A DNA stretch of 26,004 nt from a virus (Duplodnaviria > Caudoviricetes). Below the pieces are notes generated by a model. It did not search any database. It was not told where the DNA came from and saw only the letters and a list, made by a program, of their open reading frames with translations. The stretch spans positions 1-26,004 of IMG/VR virus record IMGVR_UViG_3300017903_001713, one strand, 5' to 3'. Numbering within the stretch: position 1 is the stretch's first letter; every line of letters starts with the position of its first letter. A program made the position numbers and the translations under genes. Positions 25,775-26,004 of this stretch are shown in pieces.

Positions 25775-26004
25775 TACAGTCTCTACTGCGTTTAGTATAG
25801 TACATACGCAAAAAGAGATAGAGAAACTTGAAGAGAAGTTATTGTATCTTCTCGATGAAGTCCGTGTTATTCAGGGGCCTAAAGGGGATCGCGGTGAACG
25901 CGGCCCCCAAGGTGCTCGTGGTGAACGTGGTGATCAAGGGCCCAAAGGTGATAAGGGAGTAAAGGGTGACAGAGGTGAACAAGGCCCTAGTGGACTTGAC
26001 GGTA
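25761..26004 (+). CDS. Collagen-like protein, 5' part only (runs off the window)
   Basis: Not in the ORF track. ATG 25761 overlaps the portal end and reads MSKIDTVSTAFSIVHTQKEIEKLEEKLLYLLDEVRVIQ, followed by 14 uninterrupted G-X-Y triplets from 25875 (GPKGDRGERGPQGARGERGDQGPKGDKGVKGDRGEQGPSGLD). Confidence 0.88.
   Translation, partial: MSKIDTVSTAFSIVHTQKEIEKLEEKLLYLLDEVRVIQGPKGDRGERGPQGARGERGDQGPKGDKGVKGDRGEQGPSGLDG

Noticed and set aside
1-26004. Stop-codon reassignment, tRNA genes or other structured RNA genes
   Set aside because: Standard-code ORFs tile the window with very short gaps, TAA, TGA and TAG all end genes, and no gap shows a tRNA-like sequence.

Overview
This window is a contiguous, all-plus-strand virion morphogenesis region of a large T4-like myovirus, in the style of marine T4-like phages. 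The host cannot be determined from this sequence. Gene order: hypothetical, DxD glycosyltransferase-like, 2OG-Fe(II) oxygenase-like, five accessory structural/fibre genes (including a 50-aa tandem-repeat protein), neck gp13 and gp14, gp15 with an Ig-like extension, two fibre-like genes, a mosaic tailspike with a small partner, a large gp7-like baseplate protein, terminase gp16/gp17, sheath gp18, tube gp19, portal gp20, and the 5' end of a collagen-like gene missed by the ORF track. T4-type late promoters (TATAAATA and variants) and one C(UUCG)G terminator are visible. Two hidden signals stand out. (1) Asp-Ser (DS) dipeptides are strongly and directionally enriched in accessory and probably exposed parts of virion proteins next to the glycosyltransferase/oxygenase operon, suggesting a phage-encoded virion protein modification system with a DS sequon. 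(2) GGWCC is absent, and CCNGG occurs almost only where Pro-Gly forces it and then always overlaps a GGC/GCC trinucleotide, suggesting a GGC-targeted DNA modification that rescues unavoidable restriction sites. All counts were made by hand and need computational confirmation.
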